Shown: one piece after another, positions 1 through 8,033 of the stretch
How the letters are laid out: each line of letters opens with the position of its first letter
Numbering within the stretch: the first letter of the stretch is position 1
Assembly: GCF_009557235.1 (NCBI RefSeq)
Contig: NZ_CP045650.1
Span: 630,001-662,000 of the forward strand
DNA length: 32,000 nucleotides
Direction: 5' to 3'
From: Acinetobacter wanghuae
Lineage (GTDB): Bacteria; Pseudomonadota; Gammaproteobacteria; Pseudomonadales; Moraxellaceae
Made by a program: the position numbers and the translations under genes
The notes under the pieces: model-generated
Told to the model about the DNA's origin: nothing
The model's input: only the letters and a program-made list of their open reading frames with translations
The model's database searches: none

Positions 1-35
1 GCATTGCTCATCCTCACATTCAGGTTAATCGACAT
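1..35 (-). CDS. 5' end of a fifth ORF in the pilin operon (partial, runs off the window)
   Basis: The ATG at 35-33 overlaps the stop of the upstream ORF (TAATG). Only about 11 codons (MSINLNVRMSN) are visible, so no product can be assigned. Confidence 0.3.
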   Translation of the reverse strand, partial: MSINLNVRMSN

Positions 36-664
36 TAAATATTGTTTAAGCAAATTGAAGACTGAATTTGCTTGGAGTTAATATGTTGTCCCTGTGCAGT
101 AATCGTGACAGTTTTGCTCCCTGAAGGATTGTGTTCACTAATAGCGTAAGGCGTGCACTTTTGTGGACTTACTAAACTTTGTAAACTGAAAGTAAAGATC
201 GGTGCTGTACCCTCTGTGATTTCTTGATTTTTAATAGTAATTAATGGACTTTTGTTGGTGCTGCTATTTGTCCATGGAAGATCCTTAAGTACAGTATCTG
301 TGCCACAATTGGTGTTTTCAAGTAGAAAAAGTTTGTATTCCTTCTTTGAGACATCATTTTGATAGGTCAATGCTTGGCATTTTAGGGTGGTAGGTTCTGC
401 TAGGTCGGGAGTAAAGCGTAAATATAAAGTGTTATTGTCTACTGCAATGTCTCCTACATTGCCTGAACCATAACCTGCATTTTGGATAATTTTTTGTAAA
501 ACAAGCATGCCTAATTGAACTTGTGTGTCATAGTCTGCATCTAAAGATGACTCTAAGCTGATTTTGGAAATCTGCTTAAAAGTCATGAGCATCATGATCA
601 TGCAGAGCATAGCAATGACTAACCCAACGAGAACTTCTAACATAGTAAATCCATTGTTTTTCAT
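35..664 (-). CDS. PilW-like type IV minor pilin / pseudopilin (prepilin N-terminal cleavage-methylation domain)
   Basis: The N-terminus MKNNG|FTMLEVLVGLVIAMLCMI matches the class III signal, with Glu at +5 and a hydrophobic helix. A later QNAGYG segment is reminiscent of PilW. I chose the ATG at 664, since the track ORF start at 688 adds 8 residues. It lies 2 nt after the upstream stop. Confidence 0.65.
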   Translation of the reverse strand: MKNNGFTMLEVLVGLVIAMLCMIMMLMTFKQISKISLESSLDADYDTQVQLGMLVLQKIIQNAGYGSGNVGDIAVDNNTLYLRFTPDLAEPTTLKCQALTYQNDVSKKEYKLFLLENTNCGTDTVLKDLPWTNSSTNKSPLITIKNQEITEGTAPIFTFSLQSLVSPQKCTPYAISEHNPSGSKTVTITAQGQHINSKQIQSSICLNNI

Positions 665-666
665 GT

Positions 667-1074
667 TTATCTCCCTACGACATAACATGATGGATCGGGA
701 CCATTGGTGATACAGCTATCTAGAACATCAGCTTTTTGGCTTGCAACTAAAATAGGCATTTCTACTGTCCAATCTGTACTCATTCTTTGAGTAAAGCATT
801 TAAAGTAGTAAGTGGTGTTACCAATGGATTTAGTTGCTGTAGAAATACGGCTGCAAAGATTAGCAACGCTTGTTTGAGTCTGTGCAGCTTGGAGCCTATT
901 TTGCATTTCATTGACTATAATAAACCCAATATTCATATCTTTTTGCGTAGTGATCATACTCTTAATCGCAGCACCACTACCCAAAACAATAATAGAAAAT
1001 AGTAGCAAAGAGATTAATGATTCCACGAGGGTAACCCCACGTTGCTTAGCGAATAACGATAGTGGCTGTTTCAT
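667..1074 (-). CDS. PilV-like type IV minor pilin (prepilin N-terminal methylation domain)
   Basis: MKQPLSLFAKQRG|VTLVESLISLLLFSIIVLG is a prepilin leader plus hydrophobic helix. AGGA lies 7 nt upstream of the ATG. The ORF overlaps the preceding gene by 29 nt. Confidence 0.65.
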   Translation of the reverse strand: MKQPLSLFAKQRGVTLVESLISLLLFSIIVLGSGAAIKSMITTQKDMNIGFIIVNEMQNRLQAAQTQTSVANLCSRISTATKSIGNTTYYFKCFTQRMSTDWTVEMPILVASQKADVLDSCITNGPDPSCYVVGR

Positions 1075-1573
1075 TATTCTTTCCTATAGTCAATGTTGGA
1101 TTAGCTGTTGCTGAACAGGTAGAACTAGGCGTAAGTACACCAATATAGTTAAAATCCAAACAATTAAGGTAAGTTGCCCCTTGTATAACATTAATATCTG
1201 GAAGAATTACGCTGTAAATAGCCTCACTCGGCTCACTTATGGGGCATGAACCGTAAATAACTTTAATTACTTTTTTAGGGGCAGGTGGATTGGGTGAACT
1301 AGGTGGAGGGGAGGTTTGCCATGGATAAAGACATACAGAGGCTGCTGTTTCATTCAATGTGGTATTATTCTTATTCCTAAGAGCAATAGCTTTTGCTTGC
1401 GAAATTGCATTTTGAATACTTGAGGTCGCATTATTGACCTGACTTTGATCAATCCAAGCACTTGTCAGAGAGCTACCCATAAATAGTACAATTGTTATTA
1501 AGCTAATTGTAATCATTAGTTCAATTAACGTAAGTCCTTTCTGTGGCATTATGTGCTGTCTTTTTTTTATCAT
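1046..1573 (-). CDS. FimT/FimU-like (GspH-family) minor pilin
   Basis: The leader MIKKRQHIMPQKG|LTLIELMITISLITIVLF is prepilin-type. The helix-proximal pattern IQNAISQAKAIALRNKNNTTL is typical of the GspH/FimT domain. The ATG at 1573 lies 1 nt after the upstream TAA, suggesting translational coupling. An alternative start is at 1549 (MPQKG). The longer track ORF to 1624 overlaps the pilE-like gene. Confidence 0.6.
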   Translation of the reverse strand: MIKKRQHIMPQKGLTLIELMITISLITIVLFMGSSLTSAWIDQSQVNNATSSIQNAISQAKAIALRNKNNTTLNETAASVCLYPWQTSPPPSSPNPPAPKKVIKVIYGSCPISEPSEAIYSVILPDINVIQGATYLNCLDFNYIGVLTPSSTCSATANPTLTIGKNNETATIVIR

Positions 1574-1574
1574 G

Positions 1575-1985
1575 TTAAATCCATCCTGAGCCGTGACTAC
1601 ATGATGACGCTGCTTTTGATCCATCTGATTTGAGTGTCAAAGTGCAACCTACAAATTTAGTTTCTGTTTCACCTTCAGCACTTAGCACATAACCAGTAGT
1701 ATCAGTTGCATAGGTATACTTAAAATCATTTGAGCTAGGATTCCATGATTTAAATTGCGTTTTTGTTTCAAATGTGGTCGTTGTAGGTGTAGAGGGATAA
1801 CTGAGTGTTCTTTGGTATATATTTTCTGCAGCAAGTGATAATGCAACTAGATTTGATTGAGCTTCTTTAATCTTCGCCCGAGTGACATAGTTTTGATAAC
1901 TCGGCAATGCGATTGCTGCAAGTATGGCAATGATCACCACTGCGATCATGAGTTCAATCAGTGTGAAACCTTTATATGTATTCAT
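1575..1985 (-). CDS. Type IV pilin, PilE-like
   Basis: MNTYKG|[28 protein letters not shown] is the canonical type IVa pilin N-terminus. The PSYQNYV motif matches P. aeruginosa PilE as I recall it. A C-terminal Cys pair (GC...SSC) could form a disulfide loop. Confidence 0.8.
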   Translation of the reverse strand: MNTYKGFTLIELMIAVVIIAILAAIALPSYQNYVTRAKIKEAQSNLVALSLAAENIYQRTLSYPSTPTTTTFETKTQFKSWNPSSNDFKYTYATDTTGYVLSAEGETETKFVGCTLTLKSDGSKAASSCSHGSGWI

Positions 1986-2334
1986 AAGTACCTCACATTG
2001 CCATTATTCTTAAATTCAGTTATTTCGTATAGGTATAATCAAAAAAGTGTTATGTAATTGAAGTTATCACTATAAATTAGGTATTAACGCTAAGATTCTC
2101 AATCAAAATGTGATGAAGTGTGATCTTTTGGAGATAAAAGGATTATTTGTTATCAAGCCTAATTGTTGTGTAATTTTATTTAGTAAAGGTGTGTACAAAG
2201 CGTTACTAGAGCTTGAATATTATTTTATGCTCTATGTTTATATAATTTATAATATTGTTTATTAACTGAATAAATGGGTGATTTTTTTATTTATTATGCT
2301 GATAGATTTATTAATATTAGAGTTCTTTCATAAG

Positions 2335-2805
2335 TCATTTTTTACTCAGCTCCATGTTGTAGACTCCAGCAATTAAATTGAATCTTAAGCCTAATCTTTT
2401 GCCGCGGTTGCGATATCGCTCGGTAAGGATTTTGAAGGTTTTCAAACTGCCAAATACATGCTCAATCCCGATTCTTCTTTTATTGATTTCTTGATTGTAG
2501 ACTTTTAGTTCGGGATGTAATTTGCAGCGCTTCTTTGCTTTAAGAGGCAATAAGCTATTTGGATACACTGCGTAAATCCCTTGATAGCCTTTATCTGCAA
2601 GGATAAAAGACCCTTTAGGAACCTGATTTAAATTACGTTTGAATAGCTCGAAATCATGTACAGCACCACGACTCGTGCATAAACTCAGAACTTGCCGAGT
2701 TCTATAATGGATAATGGCTTGAACTTTAAAAGTATGTGCCTTCTTCTTGCCACTATAGCTTTTCTTCTGTTTTTTTAGGTCTTTGTATTGGAATTTCTGT
2801 GGCAT
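2335..2805 (-). CDS. IS5-family transposase, DDE catalytic part (OrfB)
   Basis: ILADKGYQG (second Asp) and RRIGIEHVFGSLK (Glu) are typical of Harbinger/IS5-type DDE_Tnp_4 transposases. Its frame is +1 relative to OrfA, with overlap at 2753-2805. It is probably expressed only as a fusion, not from its own ATG. Confidence 0.8.
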   Translation of the reverse strand: MPQKFQYKDLKKQKKSYSGKKKAHTFKVQAIIHYRTRQVLSLCTSRGAVHDFELFKRNLNQVPKGSFILADKGYQGIYAVYPNSLLPLKAKKRCKLHPELKVYNQEINKRRIGIEHVFGSLKTFKILTERYRNRGKRLGLRFNLIAGVYNMELSKK

Positions 2806-3163
2806 CTACGATCACCACATTCCAGTCAATACCTTCGCCTTCAGGCAAATTCTTCGGTAAATTAAACAGATTGGATTTGATTAGGCAATCCTCTACATGG
2901 CGGACGATTCTTGAAGCAGTAGGCTCTGACACGCCATAACTTGTTGCGACATGGAATAAAGTTCGGTATTCACGCCAATAGCTCAGACAGAGTAAAACCT
3001 GATCTTCTACACTTAACTTAGGTGGTCTACCTTTAGTCGGGACATGTATTTTCAGTTGTTCAACCATTAAATCAAAGGTTGAAAAACTGATGCCTGTATA
3101 TCGCTTAAACTGTGTTTCAGAAAGCTTCTTCAAATCGATGTATTTCATCCGCAGATTATGCAT
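2753..3163 (-). CDS. IS5-family transposase, N-terminal HTH part (OrfA), including the first catalytic Asp
   Basis: The 136-aa product has an HTH-like region (YGVSEPTASRIVRHV). It ends ...VVIVDATEIPIQRPKKTEEKL just after the A7 run. Confidence 0.8.
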   Translation of the reverse strand: MHNLRMKYIDLKKLSETQFKRYTGISFSTFDLMVEQLKIHVPTKGRPPKLSVEDQVLLCLSYWREYRTLFHVATSYGVSEPTASRIVRHVEDCLIKSNLFNLPKNLPEGEGIDWNVVIVDATEIPIQRPKKTEEKL

Positions 3164-3315
3164 GAATATTTAAAATTCTTCGGTACAGATAATCAGCAAA
3201 AGATAGATCGTTTTTTGATTTATGAAAGAGATCTATTATAAGGGCAATTTCGATATTAAATTTAAGATAAAAATAGACTGAAAAACATCATTTCTCAAAT
3301 TATTGTAACTTTCAC

Positions 3316-4125
3316 TTACTTATTTAAAATCATTTCAAGTACAAATTTTGAGCCAATAAAACCCAAAGCTAAAAGTCCAAATCCAAGTAAGGTAAAGTGC
3401 ACTGCTTTTTGTCCACGCCAACCAAATTGGTAATGACCAATCAACAATGAACCATAGACGAGCCAAGAAATAATACTGAAAGCGGTTTTATGCGCTAAGT
3501 GTTGAGCAAAGAAATCATCAATAGTAAAGAAACCAAAACCAAGTGCAACAGTAAGCAGTACAAAGCCAGTCATCAACATATCAAAGAGCAAACGTTCCAT
3601 ATGTTGATAAGATGGTAATAAACTGACCCAAACACGACGTTTTTGTTTATTCTTGAGTTCACGATCTTGAAAACGAAGAATTAAAGCCTGAATAGTCGCC
3701 ATGAGAAGTACAGCATAGGCAGAGAGGGACAAAATAATGTGAATATCCAATCCCAAAGAGTTTTGTGTGGTAAATTTTGGCGGTTGGCTAAAAGCAAAAC
3801 CTAAAATGAGACCTGTCGCAGCCACAGGAATGCCCAGTAAATTTAGGGCAAGCGTCGGTCGATAAGTGCTATAAATAACACTAAGCAAAAGCATTAAACC
3901 GGAGGTAAACGAGAGCAGCACAAAAACATCATAATTCATGCCAAGCGGTGTGAGTAGATCGCCCGATAGAACTAAAGCATGCAGAATCAAGCCCAATGCA
4001 GCGGTAAGACTGACAAACCATTGATTCGGGATGCGTTTAGACATTAAGTGAATAAACAAATACCAAAAAGATGAGGTATAAGCGATTAATGCTAAGATCG
4101 TATAAACCAACGGCAGGCTAATCAT
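3316..4125 (-). CDS. ypjD: YpjD-like inner membrane protein (CcsA / cytochrome c assembly family)
   Basis: A polytopic membrane protein of 269 aa, divergent from ffh as ypjD is in E. coli. Confidence 0.6.
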   Translation of the reverse strand: MISLPLVYTILALIAYTSSFWYLFIHLMSKRIPNQWFVSLTAALGLILHALVLSGDLLTPLGMNYDVFVLLSFTSGLMLLLSVIYSTYRPTLALNLLGIPVAATGLILGFAFSQPPKFTTQNSLGLDIHIILSLSAYAVLLMATIQALILRFQDRELKNKQKRRVWVSLLPSYQHMERLLFDMLMTGFVLLTVALGFGFFTIDDFFAQHLAHKTAFSIISWLVYGSLLIGHYQFGWRGQKAVHFTLLGFGLLALGFIGSKFVLEMILNK

Positions 4126-4263
4126 GTCAAACCTTTTTCAGGATGATGAATATTCATTTATATAAATTCGATGCGAACTACAGTATCCTATAGCATTCTA
4201 TGCATAAATTTTCTATTTTAAGAAACAATTTTTTGCTCATGGCTATTTTAAGCGGATTTTGCA

Positions 4264-5670
4264 ATGTTTGATACCTTAACAGAACGACTCACGCAGAGTT
4301 TAAGAAATGTTACTGGCTCAGGGCAGCTAACCGAAGACAATATTAAAGATACGTTACGTGAAGTGCGTATGGCGCTTCTTGAAGCCGATGTTGCTTTACC
4401 TGTCACTCGTGAATTCATCGCGAAAGTTAAGGAAGAGGCATTAGGCCAAGAAGTGATGACTCAGTTATCACCGGGGCAAGCTTTCGTCAAAATCGTTCAC
4501 GACGAATTGACCAAAATGATGGGTGCGGCGAACGAAAGCCTAGACCTTGCAGCAAAACCACCAGTTGTTGTCCTGCTTGCAGGTCTACAAGGTGCGGGTA
4601 AAACAACAACTGCTGCAAAACTTGCACGTTTTTTACAAGAACGTCAAAAGAAAAAAGTGGCAATGGTCTCTGCAGATGTTTATCGTCCTGCTGCAATTAA
4701 ACAGCTGCAAACGGTTGCTGGTGAAGTTGGCGCGATTTTCTTTGACTCGAATGCCAATGAACGCCCAATTGATATTGCCAATCGTGCAATTGAGCAAGCA
4801 AAAATTCAATTTGCGGATGTCTTGATTGTCGACACCGCAGGTCGTTTACATGTCGATGACGACATGATGGACGAAATTAAAGAACTTCACGCTGCGATTA
4901 ACCCAACTGAAACCTTGTTTGTTGTCGATGCAATGACAGGTCAAGATGCGGCAAACACAGCAAAAGCCTTTAATGATGCGTTACCACTGACTGGTGTGAT
5001 CTTAACGAAAACGGATGGTGATGCCCGCGGTGGTGCAGCACTTTCTGTTCGTGCAATCACAGGCAAGCCAATCAAATTCTTAGGTATGGGTGAAAAACTC
5101 GATGCCTTAGAGCCATTCCATCCTGAACGTATTGCGCAGCGTATTTTGGGTATGGGTGACGTGCTGTCTTTAGTCGAGGAACTTGAACGTAAAGTCGACA
5201 AAGAAAAAGCCGAAAAAATGGCGAAAAAATTGCAAAAAGGCGGTAGCTTCAACTTTGAAGATATGCTGATGCAATTTGAGCAAATGAATAAAATGGGCGG
5301 CATGATGGGCTTCTTAGACAAGTTGCCCGGTATGAGCAATGCAGGTCTACAAGATGCACTCGCTCAAGCTAACCCAGAAAAACAAGTGAAAAAAATGGAA
5401 GCGATTATCCAATCGATGACCATTAAAGAACGCCGTAATCCTGATCTGATGAATCCAAGCCGTAAAAAGCGTATTGCAGCAGGTTGTGGTATGGATGTGG
5501 TTGAAGTCAATAAATTGATTAAACAACATGCACAAATGGCGAAAATGATGAAGAAATTTGCCAATCCATCAGGTATGGCGAAAATGCTCAAATCATTAGG
5601 CGGCTTGCAAAAACAATTCGGCGGTGGTGGCGGTATGGGTCCATTGTTCGGTGGTAACGACAAGAAATAA
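4264..5670 (+). CDS. ffh: Signal recognition particle protein Ffh
   Basis: GTPase motifs GLQGAGKTTT, DTAGR and TKTDGD are present. The C-terminal M domain is Met-rich (MGGMMGFLDKLPGM). Confidence 0.97.
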   Translation: MFDTLTERLTQSLRNVTGSGQLTEDNIKDTLREVRMALLEADVALPVTREFIAKVKEEALGQEVMTQLSPGQAFVKIVHDELTKMMGAANESLDLAAKPPVVVLLAGLQGAGKTTTAAKLARFLQERQKKKVAMVSADVYRPAAIKQLQTVAGEVGAIFFDSNANERPIDIANRAIEQAKIQFADVLIVDTAGRLHVDDDMMDEIKELHAAINPTETLFVVDAMTGQDAANTAKAFNDALPLTGVILTKTDGDARGGAALSVRAITGKPIKFLGMGEKLDALEPFHPERIAQRILGMGDVLSLVEELERKVDKEKAEKMAKKLQKGGSFNFEDMLMQFEQMNKMGGMMGFLDKLPGMSNAGLQDALAQANPEKQVKKMEAIIQSMTIKERRNPDLMNPSRKKRIAAGCGMDVVEVNKLIKQHAQMAKMMKKFANPSGMAKMLKSLGGLQKQFGGGGGMGPLFGGNDKK

Positions 5671-5689
5671 TCTCATTATTTCCTGTTCG

Positions 5690-5716
5690 AAAAGGCGCGT
5701 TAAGCGCCTTTTTTAT
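5690..5716 (+). terminator. Intrinsic terminator after ffh
   Basis: The hairpin is aaaaggcgc-gttaa-gcgcctttt, followed by a T run. Confidence 0.8.
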
Positions 5717-5799
5717 GCGCTATCGAAAACACAACAGATGCTTACTCATTTTTAAGATGGCTTCAGGCACACTAATGCTTAGAATAAGGAGAAAGAGTA

Positions 5800-6372
5800 A
5801 TGACACAGGTTTTCGTGATCCATGGTTATACCGCAAGTCCTGAAGAGAATTGGTTTCCATGGATGCAACAACAAGCAAATCAAGCAGGTGCAAGTTTAAA
5901 AGTATTGCGACTCGATCCCACAGAGACACCTAGTTTAGTGGTTTGGGAGCAGCAAATTGATGAGCAAATTGAAAGCATCGATCAACACACCATTTTTATT
6001 GCGCATAGTCTAGGTTGTATTGCCACGCTGCATTATTTATCACGGGTATTACAAAAGCAGACGATTCGACAATTGGTCTTGGTAGCTGGTTTTAATGGTC
6101 GTTTAGGACGCTTAGAGCAGGTCAACCCATTTATAGACGCTGCGAAAATTGATTTTGAATTGCTTAAACGTCAGATTGAACAGCGTGTGGTGATTTATTC
6201 CGAAGGAGATGATCGTGTCGCAGCACATTTCAGTTTAGAGCAAGCCAAAAGTTTAGATGCAGATGTCATCCCAGCACAGCATCAAGGACATTTTATTGAT
6301 TCAGAAGGCTGTACTGAATTACCTGAAGTTTGGCAGGCGATTGCAAAAAATCTTGTACTTAAAGCCAAATAA
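5800..6372 (+). CDS. Alpha/beta serine hydrolase, YdeN/RBBP9 family
   Basis: The N-terminus VFVIHGYTASPEENWFPW and the nucleophile elbow AHSLGC are present in a protein of about 190 aa. AAGGAG lies upstream of the start. Confidence 0.7.
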   Translation: MTQVFVIHGYTASPEENWFPWMQQQANQAGASLKVLRLDPTETPSLVVWEQQIDEQIESIDQHTIFIAHSLGCIATLHYLSRVLQKQTIRQLVLVAGFNGRLGRLEQVNPFIDAAKIDFELLKRQIEQRVVIYSEGDDRVAAHFSLEQAKSLDADVIPAQHQGHFIDSEGCTELPEVWQAIAKNLVLKAK

Positions 6373-6418
6373 ATAAAGATGATCGAGCCTAATTAATTCA
6401 ACTTTACTAGCGATATGC

Positions 6419-6460
6419 GAAAAAGCGTGAGATGAATTGAGCTTGAATCACGCTTTTCTT
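6419..6460. terminator. Bidirectional hairpin between the convergent hydrolase gene and coaX
   Basis: The 10-bp stem pairs aaaagcgtga (6421-6430) with tcacgctttt (6448-6457). It has A-rich and T-rich flanks. Confidence 0.55.
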
Positions 6461-6466
6461 TCGATT

Positions 6467-7237
6467 TCATTCAATTGATGAAACTTTTACTGAACTTGTA
6501 TTCGGTTCTGATAAACGCGCAGCAAAATGTTGTAAGCCTTTAAGTAGTAAATCAGGCTCAATCACAGGGTTAAATTGGGCTAAATTTTGGGCGAATAAAG
6601 GCGCATCACCGCCTGTCAAAATGAGTTGGGCTGGGAAGTCGTGTAACACTTTTTCGATGGTGCTGAGCAACCCCAATAAAATGCCATGATGCACAGCATC
6701 AATGGTATTGCGTCCCGGTGAAAGTGCTTCAAATGCAGCATCAGGAATTTTAATCCCTTTGGTGTTCTGAATGAGTGAATCACGCTGCAAGTACAGATTC
6801 GGTAAAATAAAGCCGCCAAGATGAGTCTGACCTTGCGCTAAATCAATGGTGAGAGCAGTACCGCAACTGATCACACAGTAATTCTGCGTTGAGTCCTTCG
6901 CGACAGCCAATACTTGTAACCAACGGTCAATTCCGAGCTGTGTTGGATCATCATAGCCGCAGATTAAGCCTGCATATTCCGCCTGAACTTTCGCGATGAT
7001 GACAGGCACATTTAAGCGTTTTAGAATTTTAAAAATGCGGTCATTATTTTTTTTATCGAGCACCGAAGAGATGCCTACTTGGTGAATCGATAAGCGTTTA
7101 AAATGTTGTACTAGCCCTAAAAGTAAATCCGCGGGGGATTGCAAATGCAATTCTGCACCATGCTCAAGAATTTGCTCATGGTCAGTGATCCAATATTTTA
7201 GTCGGGTATTGCCAATATCTAACCATAATTTTTTCAT
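6467..7237 (-). CDS. coaX: Type III pantothenate kinase
   Basis: The N-terminus [13 protein letters not shown] (the DxGNT motif) is present. The gene lies immediately downstream of birA, as in Pseudomonas. Confidence 0.9.
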   Translation of the reverse strand: MKKLWLDIGNTRLKYWITDHEQILEHGAELHLQSPADLLLGLVQHFKRLSIHQVGISSVLDKKNNDRIFKILKRLNVPVIIAKVQAEYAGLICGYDDPTQLGIDRWLQVLAVAKDSTQNYCVISCGTALTIDLAQGQTHLGGFILPNLYLQRDSLIQNTKGIKIPDAAFEALSPGRNTIDAVHHGILLGLLSTIEKVLHDFPAQLILTGGDAPLFAQNLAQFNPVIEPDLLLKGLQHFAARLSEPNTSSVKVSSIE

Positions 7238-7250
7238 TCTTTGCCTTCCA

Positions 7251-8006
7251 TCAGCAAGGGTATTTTAAGCGTAACTGACCTTGATAAAAAACTTTTATAC
7301 CCATTGCTGTATCAATTTGCACAGCACCATCGGCTTGAATACCAATAAAAGTGCCAAGATATTGACCGTGTTGATCGGTAAATTCAACGCTTTGTTGCAT
7401 AAATGCTGCATGATAATTAAAACGTGCGGCTAAATTTTGACTGTTATAACTAAACCATTGACCAGCTTGCTGAATCGCTAAATAAATTTCACTGATTAAT
7501 TTAATACGCTGACGATCTTCAAGCCCAAGCTCATGCAATGACGTCACGGCTTGATCAATACTCGGGTCTTGAATCGGACTTAAATTAATCCCAACGCCAA
7601 TAATCGCTTGGTGTTGATTAAGCGGTTCAACCAATATACCGCCCCATTTTCCCTGTGGGCTATACAAATCATTCGGCCATTTCACCTGAATGTTTAACTG
7701 TTGCAGGCTCGGTATTTGTAAGATATTTAAAGCAATTTCAAGTGCAAGACGACCATCAATCGCTATATCAGTGCTCAGCAATGTGCTTAAATAGATGTTG
7801 CCTTCAGGAGAGATCCATTGTCGTTGTCGTTGACCACGACCTTGGGTTTGCACACGACTGCTCACGAGAACGTGGCGAATGCCTTTTTGAGCAATGTCTC
7901 GCACATCATCATTGGTTGATGCTGTGCTTGGTTTAAGCAGCAACACTTCAGGAAGCTGATCTGCAGCCATCAATAGTTGTTGCAGTTCACGAGTTTCTAC
8001 ATCCAT
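7251..8006 (-). CDS. birA: Biotin--[acetyl-CoA-carboxylase] ligase, class I (no N-terminal repressor HTH)
   Basis: It has the [19 protein letters not shown] biotin-binding loop and KWPNDL. At 251 aa it is too short to contain a BirA-type wHTH domain. Confidence 0.9.
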   Translation of the reverse strand: MDVETRELQQLLMAADQLPEVLLLKPSTASTNDDVRDIAQKGIRHVLVSSRVQTQGRGQRQRQWISPEGNIYLSTLLSTDIAIDGRLALEIALNILQIPSLQQLNIQVKWPNDLYSPQGKWGGILVEPLNQHQAIIGVGINLSPIQDPSIDQAVTSLHELGLEDRQRIKLISEIYLAIQQAGQWFSYNSQNLAARFNYHAAFMQQSVEFTDQHGQYLGTFIGIQADGAVQIDTAMGIKVFYQGQLRLKYPC

Positions 8007-8033
8007 TTGAATCTAAACGTGGGAAATGTCGGT

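Larger units (their letters stand above)
2312..3241 (-). mobile_element. IS5-family insertion sequence (IS1031/IS427-like size class), about 0.9 kb
   Basis: It carries a two-frame DDE transposase. Imperfect terminal inverted repeats are gagttctttcataagtca (2320-2337) and the reverse complement of 3216-3233, gatctctttcataaatca, matching 15/18. Weaker similarity extends outward to about 2312/3241. Exact ends are uncertain by about 10 bp, and no clean target duplication was resolved in the AT-rich flanks. Confidence 0.7.

Noticed and set aside
2022-2060. A XerC-arm-like sequence atttcgtatag (10/11 to the Acinetobacter pdif XerC arm ATTTCGTATAA as I remember it) upstream of the pilE-like gene. 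Also atatgttaatt at about 17775-17785, which resembles the XerD arm.
   Set aside because: Neither has the partner arm at the required 6-nt spacing. At 2039-2049 only 4/11 match the XerD arm, and the sequence 5' of the 17775 site does not match a XerC arm. These are isolated half-site matches in AT-rich DNA.
1986-2311. A sigma54 (GG-N10-GC) promoter for the pilin operon, as for many pilA genes.
   Set aside because: I found no TGGCAC-N5-TTGC-like element on the minus strand in this interval.
4146-4157. A 12-bp perfect palindrome atgaatattcat in the ypjD-ffh divergent region.
   Set aside because: It is purely AT-rich and short, so it is expected by chance in this composition, and nothing else supports it.
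4487-5663. ORFs overlapping ffh on both strands (4487-4696, 4547-4825, 4941-5339, 5347-5535, 5364-5663).
   Set aside because: They are fully embedded in a highly conserved ffh reading frame. Their products are low-complexity with no motifs.
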